44,413 bases of DNA from a virus (taxonomy: Duplodnaviria > Caudoviricetes), in the IMG/VR virus record IMGVR_UViG_3300032212_000032, positions 1 through 44,413 of that record; one strand, written 5' to 3'. The translations under genes were made by a program, and so were the position numbers. Shown in pieces: positions 8,426 through 18,251 of this stretch. Under the pieces are notes generated by a model. That model searched no databases. It had not been told where the DNA came from and worked only from the letters and a program-made list of their open reading frames with translations. How positions within the stretch are numbered: the stretch's first letter is position 1; every line of letters begins with the position of its first letter.

Positions 8426-8596
8426 CTAGTTCATATTAAGTTCTATGTCACCTTCTACTACTAAACCTAAGAATTCACTTATTTCAATAGTGACATATAA
8501 AATATTTGCCTCAGTATCTAAAATATAGGTACCTGCAGGTAGGTCTAATTCTTCTACCATAGTCTCTGTAACATTTGTAATATAATCTAACTTCAT
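8426..8596 (-). CDS. 56-aa very acidic first early protein
   Basis: Manual translation MKLDYITNVTETMVEELDLPAGTYILDTEANILYVTIEISEFLGLVVEGDIELNMN; AAAGGA RBS; directly downstream of the tandem promoters. Confidence 0.7.
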   Translation of the reverse strand: MKLDYITNVTETMVEELDLPAGTYILDTEANILYVTIEISEFLGLVVEGDIELNMN

Positions 8597-8623
8597 AATT
8601 CAATCCTTTATTTGATATTCTAA

Positions 8624-8850
8624 ATTATATCAAGTTAACTTTAAAGTAATCTTAAATTGAAAAAGAATTTTCTTCTTAATCAAATCAAGATTGACTTTCA
8701 AGCTTTTGATACTTATATTATAGAATACTTTATATTAAACGAAGCTTAAAGTTTCCTTAAATTTGATTTAAATTTTGGAACTAATTAATATAATTGAATT
8801 ACATATTAATATATGAGACGCGCGTGCGATTATATCTAAATAATATTAAT
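8624..8850 (-). promoter_or_regulatory. Three tandem sigma70-type early promoters
   Basis: Minus-strand TATAAT at 8624-8629, 8717-8722 and 8829-8834, each preceded by (T/A)TTAA 11-12 nt upstream. Confidence 0.6.
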
Positions 8851-8970
8851 ATAATATTAAAGAACTTAACTAATTACTTTGGAATTTTGAGAACAATTAT
8901 TATAATCACTATCATTGGAACAATATACAACGACGTTACAATACGTTCTTATTAATTAATAACATAATCC

Positions 8971-9050
8971 AATGTGAATGAGAAAGAATGTGATATAACT
9001 TCCACGAATTCTAACGAATATTAATGAGAATGAGAAAGAATGTATGATAA
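8971..9050. repeat. Imperfect direct repeat aatgWgaatgagaaagaatgt
   Basis: Copies at ~8971 and ~9023. Confidence 0.6.
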
Positions 9051-9297
9051 TGTGGAAGAATATGGTGATATTCGTTGCTTTTCGTGGGCGGGTAGGGCTC
9101 TGGTGGGTGGCCTTCGTATGACATACAACACTCCCGAGAAATGCAACGAAAATTTCAAACTTCCTTTCATTTCAACTGAACTGCAACGCATACCAACGCT
9201 ACTCCCAAGAAGGCCAACGCCTATCAACCTACTGCCAAAGAAACTCACAAGGACCAACCTAATGAATACAACCCATATCAACGTACTTTAATAAAAC

Positions 9298-9320
9298 TTT
9301 AAGACTATACATTATATAAT
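9298..9320 (+). promoter_or_regulatory. Promoter for the packaging genes
   Basis: TTTAAG-N11-TATAAT upstream of 9364. Confidence 0.55.
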
Positions 9321-9363
9321 AAGCAAATTTACAGCATATAACAACTAATAACAAGGGTTACTC

Positions 9364-10041
9364 ATGACTGAAGCACAACGACGGTTCCAAGAACTAACAC
9401 AAGCATCTAACCAACCTACCGAAACTCCGCTAATTAATAGCTCAAGCGAAGAACCTGCGGAGGAAGTGATAGCTAAGGATGTCTATGACGCTATTGAAGA
9501 CGTAGCAGAGGAAGTGGTAGCTAAGGATGTCTACGAAGATATTGAGGAGTTAGAAGAGATTCTCGAAGAGGTTCCAGACTTACCAGAGATTGAGGATTTC
9601 GAGGAAGATGATGACCTCATAGATATAGGAGAGCCACCGCTGGAGTTGGACCTTGCTCCAGAGATGCCAGATGAGCCGGAAGACTTAGTAATCTACGAGC
9701 CTCAGGTATCAGTGAAGACTGAGGATATTCCAGCACCAACAGATGCAACGGTTGTACCGCCGGTGGTGATACCACAAGCCCAGAAGCCCGCAGAGGTTGA
9801 TACTGAGGACAACACTATGCTCAAGACGCAGATTAAGGAGTTCAAGGAGAAGACAGTAGATACATGCCTGCACTTTATAAACCACGATGTTGGTGGCGCT
9901 GAGATTAAGGAGTTCAAGGATATAGTAGCTATAATGGATACTGTTGAGAAGTCGATAGAACCGAAGAAAAACGAAATGCCTCAGGTAGCTATACAAGTAG
10001 TAGTTCAGAATCTGATGGCTGGAGTAACTGATGACTGTTAA
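9364..10041 (+). CDS. Putative terminase small subunit with acidic, disordered N-terminus
   Basis: Lies immediately upstream of and overlaps TerL; helical C-terminal part; assignment by position only. Confidence 0.45.
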   Translation: MTEAQRRFQELTQASNQPTETPLINSSSEEPAEEVIAKDVYDAIEDVAEEVVAKDVYEDIEELEEILEEVPDLPEIEDFEEDDDLIDIGEPPLELDLAPEMPDEPEDLVIYEPQVSVKTEDIPAPTDATVVPPVVIPQAQKPAEVDTEDNTMLKTQIKEFKEKTVDTCLHFINHDVGGAEIKEFKDIVAIMDTVEKSIEPKKNEMPQVAIQVVVQNLMAGVTDDC

Positions 10042-11545
10042 GATGACACCAGAGCAAGAGGAGTTTATAAGAACTAAACTTAGCTCAAAGCTGTGGAGGA
10101 TGAACAACCTCTACAAGATACGTGATAAGAATGGTAATCTCGTGACAATGAAGCTTAACCATGCGCAGGAGAAGGTACTTACAAAGTATAGGCACAATAA
10201 GAAGATAATCTTGAAGTCACGGCAGCAAGGTATATCCACGCTCTACTTAGCTTATAACCTCGATGATGCTCTGTTTAAGCCGGGGTTCCAGGCTGGTATA
10301 CAGTCAGTAGGGCAGGATGAGTCGGATAAGCTAAGTAAACGTGCCGAGTTGATGTGGAATGAGCTCGACCCGAACGTGAAGCAGCTAATGGGGCTCGAGA
10401 TGACCTCGAACAACCAGAAAGGTATGTCGTTCAGTAATGACAGTATCTTGAAGATAGGTAACTTCCGTGGGGATACACTCCAGAGTCTACATGTATCAGA
10501 GCTAGGGAAGATTGCTAAGAAATATCCAGAGAAAGCGAAGGAGCTTAAGACTGGGGCATTTCAAGCAGTAGGGAAAAATAATAGGATTACCATAGAGTCA
10601 ACAGCAGAAGGGCGCAGCGGACTATTCTACGAGATGTGGATAAAAGCAGAGCTTATGGCACTAGAGGAGAAAGAGCTAAACCCACTAGACTTCCAGGCTA
10701 TCTTCTTAAGTTGGTTAGAAGACCCGGACTGTACCCTCGACTATGAGATAGATATATCAAGTGAACTAGTTAACTACTTCGCAGAATTAGAGAATGAGCT
10801 AGATATAGTTTTAATGCAACAGCAGAAGTGGTGGTATGCAGCTAAGAAAGAAGAACTAACAGAAGATATGACCCAAGAGTACCCATCAACAGCTGAAGAG
10901 GCATTTATGGCTGCTAAAGATGGTAGTTACTACGGTAGACTCTATAGAGATAATATAATCAAGAAAAAACGATTAGTTAAAGACCTATATGACCCTCAGC
11001 TGGAAGTGCATGTAGCCTATGACCTTGGGTTTAATGATACGATGGTAGCTCTCTTCTTCCAGGAGTTTGTAGATGGTGCTAGGATAATTGATGAATACCA
11101 TAACTCAGGTGAGCCGATACAACATTATTGTAAGATGATGGATAGAAAGAAAAGAGAAAGAGGATATAACTATAAGTTTCCTATTTATTTACCACATGAT
11201 GCGAATGTTACTGATTTAACAAGCGGGAAAACAAGAGCGGATACCTTTAGAAAGTATGGGTATCCTAATATGGTATTAAAGAAGATTTCTATAGAAGAAG
11301 GGATTGAGCTAGGGAGAGATTGGATGGCTAGGCTGTGGATAGATAAATCACTAGCTTATGTGCAAAACATGTTTATTAACTATAGTAAAGAATGGGATGA
11401 GAAGCTAGGTACTTGGAAGAAGAAACCTAAGCATGACGAATGGTCTAACCCTGCGGATGCGTTTCGTTATATGGTATTGTCATTAAAACAGACATTTACC
11501 CATAAGAAGAAAAAGAAGCGAAAACGGTCAGGGTATCAAGTTTAA
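10031..11545 (+). CDS. terL: Terminase large subunit
   Basis: ILKSRQQGIST (Walker A), LHVSE (Walker B), IESTAEG (motif C), VAYDLG and HDEWSNPADAFRY (RNase H-like nuclease). Confidence 0.92.
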   Translation: MTVKMTPEQEEFIRTKLSSKLWRMNNLYKIRDKNGNLVTMKLNHAQEKVLTKYRHNKKIILKSRQQGISTLYLAYNLDDALFKPGFQAGIQSVGQDESDKLSKRAELMWNELDPNVKQLMGLEMTSNNQKGMSFSNDSILKIGNFRGDTLQSLHVSELGKIAKKYPEKAKELKTGAFQAVGKNNRITIESTAEGRSGLFYEMWIKAELMALEEKELNPLDFQAIFLSWLEDPDCTLDYEIDISSELVNYFAELENELDIVLMQQQKWWYAAKKEELTEDMTQEYPSTAEEAFMAAKDGSYYGRLYRDNIIKKKRLVKDLYDPQLEVHVAYDLGFNDTMVALFFQEFVDGARIIDEYHNSGEPIQHYCKMMDRKKRERGYNYKFPIYLPHDANVTDLTSGKTRADTFRKYGYPNMVLKKISIEEGIELGRDWMARLWIDKSLAYVQNMFINYSKEWDEKLGTWKKKPKHDEWSNPADAFRYMVLSLKQTFTHKKKKKRKRSGYQV

Positions 11546-11570
11546 AAATTTTATCATAGTTTAATAAATT

Positions 11571-11592
11571 TTTAAACTTACTTGGGTATAAT
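11571..11592 (+). promoter_or_regulatory. Promoter for the capsid operon
   Basis: TTTAAA-cttacttggg-TATAAT; same form as 22786-22807. Confidence 0.6.
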
Positions 11593-11622
11593 AGTCTATA
11601 CATTATTTATAAGGGAGATGGG

Positions 11623-12357
11623 ATGGGTAATCCAGAAGTTAAAACTGCTACCTCGCCTAAAGGTGAGCCTACATACGAGCAGCGTGTGAACGAGGTTGTC
11701 GGTAAAATGACAGAAAAAGAAGATGGTACTTGGGAACTTCCAGAGGATACTCCAGAAGACCTTAAGTACGCAGCTACTTTAGAAAAGCGTCGTCGCGATA
11801 CTCAAGCTGGCTTTACTAAAACTTCACAAAAAGTAAAAGCTCTAGAAATTGAGAAGAACGCATTAGCTGAAAAGCTGAGCGAACTTGCATCACAATCTTT
11901 TAAATTATCGGAAGATCAGCGGGAAGAGCTGGAAGATTTAAAAATTGCTAATCCAGATGCATGGAGAGAAAAGCTTAATCAATATGAGACTCAGGCACAA
12001 GACGCTATGGCAGCTATCTTAACCGAGACTCAAGATAAAGCAGACCTTGCTTCAGAGAAAGAGCGTCGCCGTATCATCCTGGCCGAATTCAACCAGGAAC
12101 ACGGGGACTTAATTACTGACGGCGTATTAGCAAATGATGTACCACCTCGCTTTACTAAAGCATTAGATGAAGGTACAGTATCATTTGAGGAATTTTTAGG
12201 TAATGTAAAAACTTACTTAGAAACTCCAAAACAGGTGACAAATGGTTCAGAGGTTAAGAAACAACCTAACCTCAATAACCAAGGTGGTGGAAGTACTGTG
12301 TCTAAAGGCGCAGCTGATAAAGACGCAGTAGCTTCTTATGATAAAACAACATTTTAA
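11623..12357 (+). CDS. Capsid scaffolding protein
   Basis: Acidic coiled coil with an RDTQAGFTK..Q motif, directly upstream of the major capsid gene. Confidence 0.75.
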   Translation: MGNPEVKTATSPKGEPTYEQRVNEVVGKMTEKEDGTWELPEDTPEDLKYAATLEKRRRDTQAGFTKTSQKVKALEIEKNALAEKLSELASQSFKLSEDQREELEDLKIANPDAWREKLNQYETQAQDAMAAILTETQDKADLASEKERRRIILAEFNQEHGDLITDGVLANDVPPRFTKALDEGTVSFEEFLGNVKTYLETPKQVTNGSEVKKQPNLNNQGGGSTVSKGAADKDAVASYDKTTF

Positions 12358-12370
12358 CAGGAGTTAAATT

Positions 12371-13498
12371 ATGGGTACAGCAGTAGTTTTAGAGGGTAGC
12401 GATTTAGAACGTAAGTCGTGGATGGTCGAAGGGCTTGTACAAAAGTCTTCTGAGTCAATTTTTGCCCCTTATACAGGTACAACAAAAGATTCTATCGTAT
12501 ACCAAGAAAATGATATTAGTTCAGGTTCAGGGCACACAGTAGTTTTTGATTATGATGGTAACCTTTCAGGTAAAGCTATCAAAGGTAAAGAGCAAGCGGT
12601 TGGTAAAGGTGAACAGAAGAAGAAATTCTCTGATAAAATCACAGTTGATAAATATCGTTTAGTTGTAGATAATGGTGATGCATTCGATGGTATCAACATC
12701 GGTGATTTAACTATTAATGAGCACTCAAATTCTCGTTCAGGTTTATCTGATTTATTTATTCGCTGGAAAGACCAAGCATTAGTTGATGCTGCACAAGGTA
12801 ACTTAGGACAAGCTCCTACACATATTATTGACCTTGGTACAACTTTTGGTATTGCAGAGTTACAAGAGATTGAAACAGCCCTTAAAACAGGTCGTGGTTA
12901 TGACACAGGTGCAACACGCCGTCCACCACCAGTATTTAAAACTGAAGACGGTAAGAAAATGTGGCTATTCGCTATTGATTCTTTTATGGCAGGTAAACTT
13001 AAAGCATCTACTGGTTATCAATCATTAATTTATAACGGTGATATTCGTGGTAATAACAATAGAGCAATTTCTGGTGTTATTGGTAAACTTGGTAATTTAA
13101 TTATTGTTGAGTGGGATACATTCTTTGGTGAGACAGCTAATATTGCAGCTGGAGCTGCTTGGGGCTTAAATGATACTGAGATTGAAATTGCTGGTTTACG
13201 TCAGTACGATTCAGTAAATGATGCTTGGACAGGTCAAGATGCTTTTGATGAAGCTTCAACATTGCGTTCACGTGGTTTAATCCTTGGTGCTGGCGCATTA
13301 CAACTTGCAATGGGTAAAATGCCAGACTATACTATGGAAGAGTTTGACCATAAAGCAAGAACAGAGTCTGCAGTAACTTTCTACTCAGAAGCTAAGAAAG
13401 CTAAAATGAAAGAAGAAAGTGGTGGCGATTATAAAGACGCTAAAGTAACGAACATTGACTGGTCAGTAATTGCAGTTGATTTAACGGTTCAGGCATAA
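12371..13498 (+). CDS. Major capsid protein (N4 gp56/DUF4043-like)
   Basis: 375 aa; G.TV.F...G.L.G....G.E..L/K.F...ITVD..R and LILGAGAL patterns; highly biased codons; strong RBS. Confidence 0.85.
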   Translation: MGTAVVLEGSDLERKSWMVEGLVQKSSESIFAPYTGTTKDSIVYQENDISSGSGHTVVFDYDGNLSGKAIKGKEQAVGKGEQKKKFSDKITVDKYRLVVDNGDAFDGINIGDLTINEHSNSRSGLSDLFIRWKDQALVDAAQGNLGQAPTHIIDLGTTFGIAELQEIETALKTGRGYDTGATRRPPPVFKTEDGKKMWLFAIDSFMAGKLKASTGYQSLIYNGDIRGNNNRAISGVIGKLGNLIIVEWDTFFGETANIAAGAAWGLNDTEIEIAGLRQYDSVNDAWTGQDAFDEASTLRSRGLILGAGALQLAMGKMPDYTMEEFDHKARTESAVTFYSEAKKAKMKEESGGDYKDAKVTNIDWSVIAVDLTVQA

Positions 13499-13509
13499 GG
13501 AGGTAAATT

Positions 13510-13902
13510 ATGGCTGATTTAACATTAGTTGGTAAAAATAACCAAAAGAGAGAAGTAGCGGTAGCAGTCTGTGAGACTGTTGCTACTAGCGCAACTATGG
13601 ATGATACTTTATTTAACATTCCAGTTAATAGTGTTGTACTAAGTGCTAAAGTACTTGTCGAAACAGTTTCAGGTGCTGCAACAAGTACAGTAGATGTTAA
13701 AGTTGGTACAACTGTAATCGCTAATGAGGTAGCTGTAACAGCGGCTGGTCTTATTGACGGCTCAGTTACACCTGCTCAGTTTGCTACAGGTGGCCCAGTT
13801 TCTATTGTAGCTGGCGCAGTAGCTCCAGACGCAGCAGGACGTCTTCGTGTTATTCTTGAGTATATTGAGCTTGACACATCAACTGGCTTTTATATCGGCT
13901 AG
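13510..13902 (+). CDS. Capsid decoration/cement-like protein
   Basis: Ala/Val/Thr-rich beta protein after the capsid gene, with AAGGAGG RBS and a terminator downstream. Confidence 0.65.
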   Translation: MADLTLVGKNNQKREVAVAVCETVATSATMDDTLFNIPVNSVVLSAKVLVETVSGAATSTVDVKVGTTVIANEVAVTAAGLIDGSVTPAQFATGGPVSIVAGAVAPDAAGRLRVILEYIELDTSTGFYIG

Positions 13903-13908
13903 TTATAT

Positions 13909-13931
13909 GGCACTCTTCGGAGTGTCTTCTT
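13909..13931 (+). terminator. Rho-independent terminator with cUUCGg loop
   Basis: GGCACTC-TTCG-GAGTGTC followed by TTCTT. Confidence 0.7.
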
Positions 13932-13951
13932 AACTATCTCAGGAGACTGCT

Positions 13952-13996
13952 ATGAAAAATTTTAGTATTTTTGCTAATGGTGAGGGTGACTTCTAA
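13952..13996 (+). CDS. 14-aa mini-ORF (MKNFSIFANGEGDF)
   Basis: AGGAG RBS; TAATG overlap with the adaptor start. Confidence 0.4.
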   Translation: MKNFSIFANGEGDF

Positions 13997-14754
13997 TGAG
14001 TACTGCTGCAGCTATTATAGATAAAGCTAGAGGTATCTTAGCAGATGAAGCTAAAACTCGCTGGACTGATACAAGGCTCTTAGACTTATTAAATGAAGGT
14101 ATTGACCAGATTCTTATTGATACAAAAATTCTTTTAGAAGAATCTACTTTTGTGGAACTGCAGGCAGGATTACAGAGCTATAACCTAGCTTCTATAGCTC
14201 TTAAGGTAACTAGAGTTGAGTGGAATGGTGAAAATATTCCATTAATTCTACATAAAAATATGGACAATATCAGGAGAGAATGGGAAACTGTTACGGGAGA
14301 TACTATCCAGTATGCTATCCATGACCAATCTGATTTAACTTCATTTAAAGTATACCCGATTCCAAACTTTGATGCCACTAGAGCAGTAACTACTAGTAAT
14401 TATGGTACAATTACTGGAATTTATGGCGGTGACGCTATTTCAATGGTGTATGAAGATGGTATCCCAACAGGGGCCACCTTAACCGAATATCTTGAAGTCT
14501 TTTATATTAAAAAAGTAGTTGACCTTATTATAACAGATGAGTGCCCGCTAGATGATATTTGGGATAAGGCTCTTAGTCATTATATTGCAGCGCACGCGTT
14601 AAGAATTAATCAAGATACAATGAGTCGTCAACTTGCAGCTGAAGAGCTTAGTATCTATACAGGAATGGTAGCACAAAGAGCCAAGTTTAAAAAGCGAGAT
14701 TCTAGTAACACTAGTCAAAGAACAGCTAAATATGTAGGAGTATTTAATGAGTGA
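13996..14754 (+). CDS. Head-tail adaptor protein
   Basis: II..AR..L.D....RWTD..LL..LNEG N-terminus and AL..YIA..A C-terminus, typical of podovirus adaptors. Confidence 0.75.
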   Translation: MSTAAAIIDKARGILADEAKTRWTDTRLLDLLNEGIDQILIDTKILLEESTFVELQAGLQSYNLASIALKVTRVEWNGENIPLILHKNMDNIRREWETVTGDTIQYAIHDQSDLTSFKVYPIPNFDATRAVTTSNYGTITGIYGGDAISMVYEDGIPTGATLTEYLEVFYIKKVVDLIITDECPLDDIWDKALSHYIAAHALRINQDTMSRQLAAEELSIYTGMVAQRAKFKKRDSSNTSQRTAKYVGVFNE

Positions 14755-17700
14755 GTTAGTAAAAATAGAGAAAAATAAAGCTGGTTTAGAAGACCTCACA
14801 TTTGGTACTGAAGTAGAAACTCAGTCTAGAAATGGCGTGTCTGTTCCGGTAACGCAAATCAATGCCCAAAATATGCCGTTTGATGCCTCTCGTAACCTAC
14901 AAACTGCTTTAGATACTGACTACCCTGCTGTTGAAGTAGTAGCAACAGATATTGATAATGTAAATACAACAGCTACTAATATTAACGATGTGCGGAACTT
15001 TGCATTAGTCTATCAGGTTAGTGCTACTGAACCTACGCAAAGAAGTGACACTACTCCTTTACAAGCAGGTGATCTTTGGTTTGATACTGTTGCTGAGGGG
15101 CTAAAGAAGTATAATGGTAGTATATATGTGGATACAACTGCAGATGCTATTGCAACAGCTGCTATGGAATTTACCAATAAGACAATGGATAGTATTACTA
15201 ATACAATACATGCTGATGTAGTTCATCTTGAAATACAAGCATTAGAGGATTTAGTACGCGGAGATGTAGTAACAGTAGATGGAGCTTCTGATACTACTAT
15301 GAAAGTACGTAAAAGAAATAGCTTAACAGAACCAGCGTCAGCTATTATAGAGGTAGACGTATTAACAGGTAATACAGCTACTGCTATTTCTACAGGTATT
15401 ATGAAGAACTTAGATAATGACGGTGTTGCTAATGATGGAGTAGCTTGGGCAGTTAAAGATATACTGTATCCAAATACTGCTGGAGGACTTACCAAAACTC
15501 CAGTAATAGCTAATGGTTACTATAATCAACCTGTAGCATATGTAGTTAAAGCTAACCCTTCTAAGGTTACATTACAAGTTAACTTTCATTCTGGGCATGA
15601 TTTAGCTAACTTAGTTGCTTATGACAATACTAATTCCGAATTAGTTGCTACTAATGTACAAGATGCTTTAGATGAAGTGAATCAGTACTCAGCTAGTCAA
15701 TTAGCTACAAGTGTACAGCAAAGTGGTACTAATACTATCACAAACACTATTACTACTTTAGGTTATGATGGAGTTACTTATACAGGACAAACATCTAGTT
15801 CAAATGCTACATATCAAAATGGGGTAGGTGGGGTATTTGACCAAGCAACGGATACTCTCTTGTTAGGTCATTTCTATTGGAACGCAACAGCAGGTACTTT
15901 AACTGCAACAGTAGAAACAGCAACAGGAACTACAACAGTAGATGTACCTGCCTCAGAAGGTTATTTGAATACAGGTATTAAGAGTATTGATTTTACAGTT
16001 AATGGAAATGGTACAGGCTACTATAATGATAGAACTACTCCCGAAGTAGGAGAACTATTTACGGTAAGAGTTGGTAGTGACCACCCAGACTTAGGACAAG
16101 ACTTAGGTTTTGGTATTGTTGCAAATGGTGATGAAGCTTTACTAAGAGGGTATAGTGAATGTCTAGGTAATATTAGTGAAGTTCATATTAAAGCAAGAAA
16201 TGGTATAGAACATAATAATGTATGTAATGGTCTTATGGGTGTAGGTAATCGAATAGAGACAGACACAACAATAGCAGAAACATTTGATGCTACCACTCTT
16301 ACAGCTTTTAATTCAAATGGTGCTTCTCTAGGTGCGGATACTTTAGAGAAAGGTTTTAATAAACTCAATGAAACGTACATACTATACCAAGAACTATTCA
16401 CTCATATCAAATGGAGTAAAACTAATCAAGGTAAAAACTACTTAGAGGCTTTTAATCCTGTAACTGGTGAAGGTATAGAGCTTTACGAGGGTAGTGGATT
16501 AGCAGGGCATAGTATACCGCATAGTGCGGGTAAAAATTTAGATTTATCAATTGTTAAAAATCTTACTAGCACTGCTGATTGGATGGTAAATACTTTAATG
16601 GGCGAAGATGGTGCTACTCTAGGTTGGCTAAATAAGACTGATACTATGTCTAGGGCTGAATGGGCTAGTAGTTCTGACGTAGTTTTTACTGTACTATCTC
16701 AAGGAACAGCAGACCAATCAAACACAATAAATCATTTGTATTCAATGTCTTACAAAACTAAATCAACTACATGGGGTATTGAGACATTCATAGGTAAAGG
16801 TGCAGTTAACTTTATTGAAACTAGAGATATTAACGGAGATATTCAACAGCCAGTTGAAGTAATAGTAAAAAGAACAGATTCTATTGGTGGATGGGCACTT
16901 AACCATAGTAAACAAACTCATGCACTATTTCTAAACTTATCTTCTGCTGAACAAACAATTAGTGATTATGATGTCGTTATAGTTCCAAATGGCTTTAGAA
17001 TAGATACAACAAATGCACAACTTAATGCAATTGGAGGACAATATACAGCCTTAGTAAGATATGATACTAATAAAGATGGTGGAGGTTCATACTTCCCTAA
17101 ACCTGTAGATAATGATGAAGTAGCAGACAACTCAGTAATTAATATACTAGATGGTAACTTTGGTATCTGTAAAGGTAAAGGAGCTAATGGTTTTATCCAT
17201 AACTTTGAAGCCTTTATAGGTGACTTACCCCTAGCTCTGTTTGCAGGTGCTACAGATGGCAAGAAATGGGTTTACTATACAGAAGGTGGAACTTGGGGAT
17301 ATAAAGACCTAAAACCTAGTAATGGGATGTATAATAAGCAGTTTGCAGATGATAACCGTTTGGTATTTCAAGATGGTGTTTATCGTGAGACTTCAGGCAG
17401 TGAGCTTTTAGTTGATGGCTCATCTAATTATATAGGTGACTTTAATCAAGCTAATGGTGCTCTAGTTGCTCCTTATACTGCTTGGGTCGCTAGACAAGGA
17501 GATGAGCAGATAGAAGTCGCTTCAAATAGATTAGCAATCACTAATGGAGCGACAGGTTTTGGAGGAATTAAAAAAACATTTAGTACAGAGATTGGCGAAA
17601 AGTACATAATTGATGCAACGCTTGAAGCAGGTACAGCATCTATGGCTATTCTTATTGGTGGTGTTGAAATAACATCTAGATATGAGTACCTAGCAACAAG

Positions 17701-18250
17701 CACAGCCACAGAAGTTATAGTAACTATTAATAGTGCAACACTAGGACATTACGCTTATTGTGATGACATTACTCTTTTCAAAAAACAACCAACACTATCA
17801 ACAGTAGTACCTAACATCTCATTAATACGTAATCCAATCATGGTAGCAAGTGAAACACCGCAGTATATTGATTATATAGACGAGCTAGCTAAGAATGTAG
17901 TTGATGATTTGGTAGTTTTAGAAAATGCTGAGTTTAAAGGAGATGTTACTATTCGTGGAGGGTTTGATTTAGAGCAGAAATGGCAAGACGTAAAAAGCGA
18001 AAGAGTTGCAGAAGTTGTTTATATTAATGATACAGGGAAGCCAATAGAGTTATATATTTCTGTAGGAGGAACTAACACGACAACTGCATATTTAGAAGTT
18101 GATGGTCTCAATAGACAAAGCTTCAACCAACAACTATCAGCTACGGCTTTTCCGTTTAGAGAATCAGTAACAATACCTAATAATTCAGAATATGTACTTA
18201 GGGGTACTGGAACTATTCTTATTTGGCACGAATTAAGAAAAGGAAAATAG
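14747..18250 (+). CDS. Tail fibre / receptor-binding protein
   Basis: 1167 aa, Thr/Gly-rich mosaic; GDLWFDT and ATNVQDALDE motifs, xYTG/YEG repeats, C-terminal QKWQDV...R...YINDTGKPI...WHELR tip domain. Confidence 0.8.
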   Translation: MSELVKIEKNKAGLEDLTFGTEVETQSRNGVSVPVTQINAQNMPFDASRNLQTALDTDYPAVEVVATDIDNVNTTATNINDVRNFALVYQVSATEPTQRSDTTPLQAGDLWFDTVAEGLKKYNGSIYVDTTADAIATAAMEFTNKTMDSITNTIHADVVHLEIQALEDLVRGDVVTVDGASDTTMKVRKRNSLTEPASAIIEVDVLTGNTATAISTGIMKNLDNDGVANDGVAWAVKDILYPNTAGGLTKTPVIANGYYNQPVAYVVKANPSKVTLQVNFHSGHDLANLVAYDNTNSELVATNVQDALDEVNQYSASQLATSVQQSGTNTITNTITTLGYDGVTYTGQTSSSNATYQNGVGGVFDQATDTLLLGHFYWNATAGTLTATVETATGTTTVDVPASEGYLNTGIKSIDFTVNGNGTGYYNDRTTPEVGELFTVRVGSDHPDLGQDLGFGIVANGDEALLRGYSECLGNISEVHIKARNGIEHNNVCNGLMGVGNRIETDTTIAETFDATTLTAFNSNGASLGADTLEKGFNKLNETYILYQELFTHIKWSKTNQGKNYLEAFNPVTGEGIELYEGSGLAGHSIPHSAGKNLDLSIVKNLTSTADWMVNTLMGEDGATLGWLNKTDTMSRAEWASSSDVVFTVLSQGTADQSNTINHLYSMSYKTKSTTWGIETFIGKGAVNFIETRDINGDIQQPVEVIVKRTDSIGGWALNHSKQTHALFLNLSSAEQTISDYDVVIVPNGFRIDTTNAQLNAIGGQYTALVRYDTNKDGGGSYFPKPVDNDEVADNSVINILDGNFGICKGKGANGFIHNFEAFIGDLPLALFAGATDGKKWVYYTEGGTWGYKDLKPSNGMYNKQFADDNRLVFQDGVYRETSGSELLVDGSSNYIGDFNQANGALVAPYTAWVARQGDEQIEVASNRLAITNGATGFGGIKKTFSTEIGEKYIIDATLEAGTASMAILIGGVEITSRYEYLATSTATEVIVTINSATLGHYAYCDDITLFKKQPTLSTVVPNISLIRNPIMVASETPQYIDYIDELAKNVVDDLVVLENAEFKGDVTIRGGFDLEQKWQDVKSERVAEVVYINDTGKPIELYISVGGTNTTTAYLEVDGLNRQSFNQQLSATAFPFRESVTIPNNSEYVLRGTGTILIWHELRKGK

Positions 18251-18251
18251 A

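Noticed and set aside
9021-9291. ORFs 9021..9281 (-) and 9040..9291 (+)
   Set aside because: No convincing RBS, atypical composition, and they lie in the repeat-rich divergent control region.
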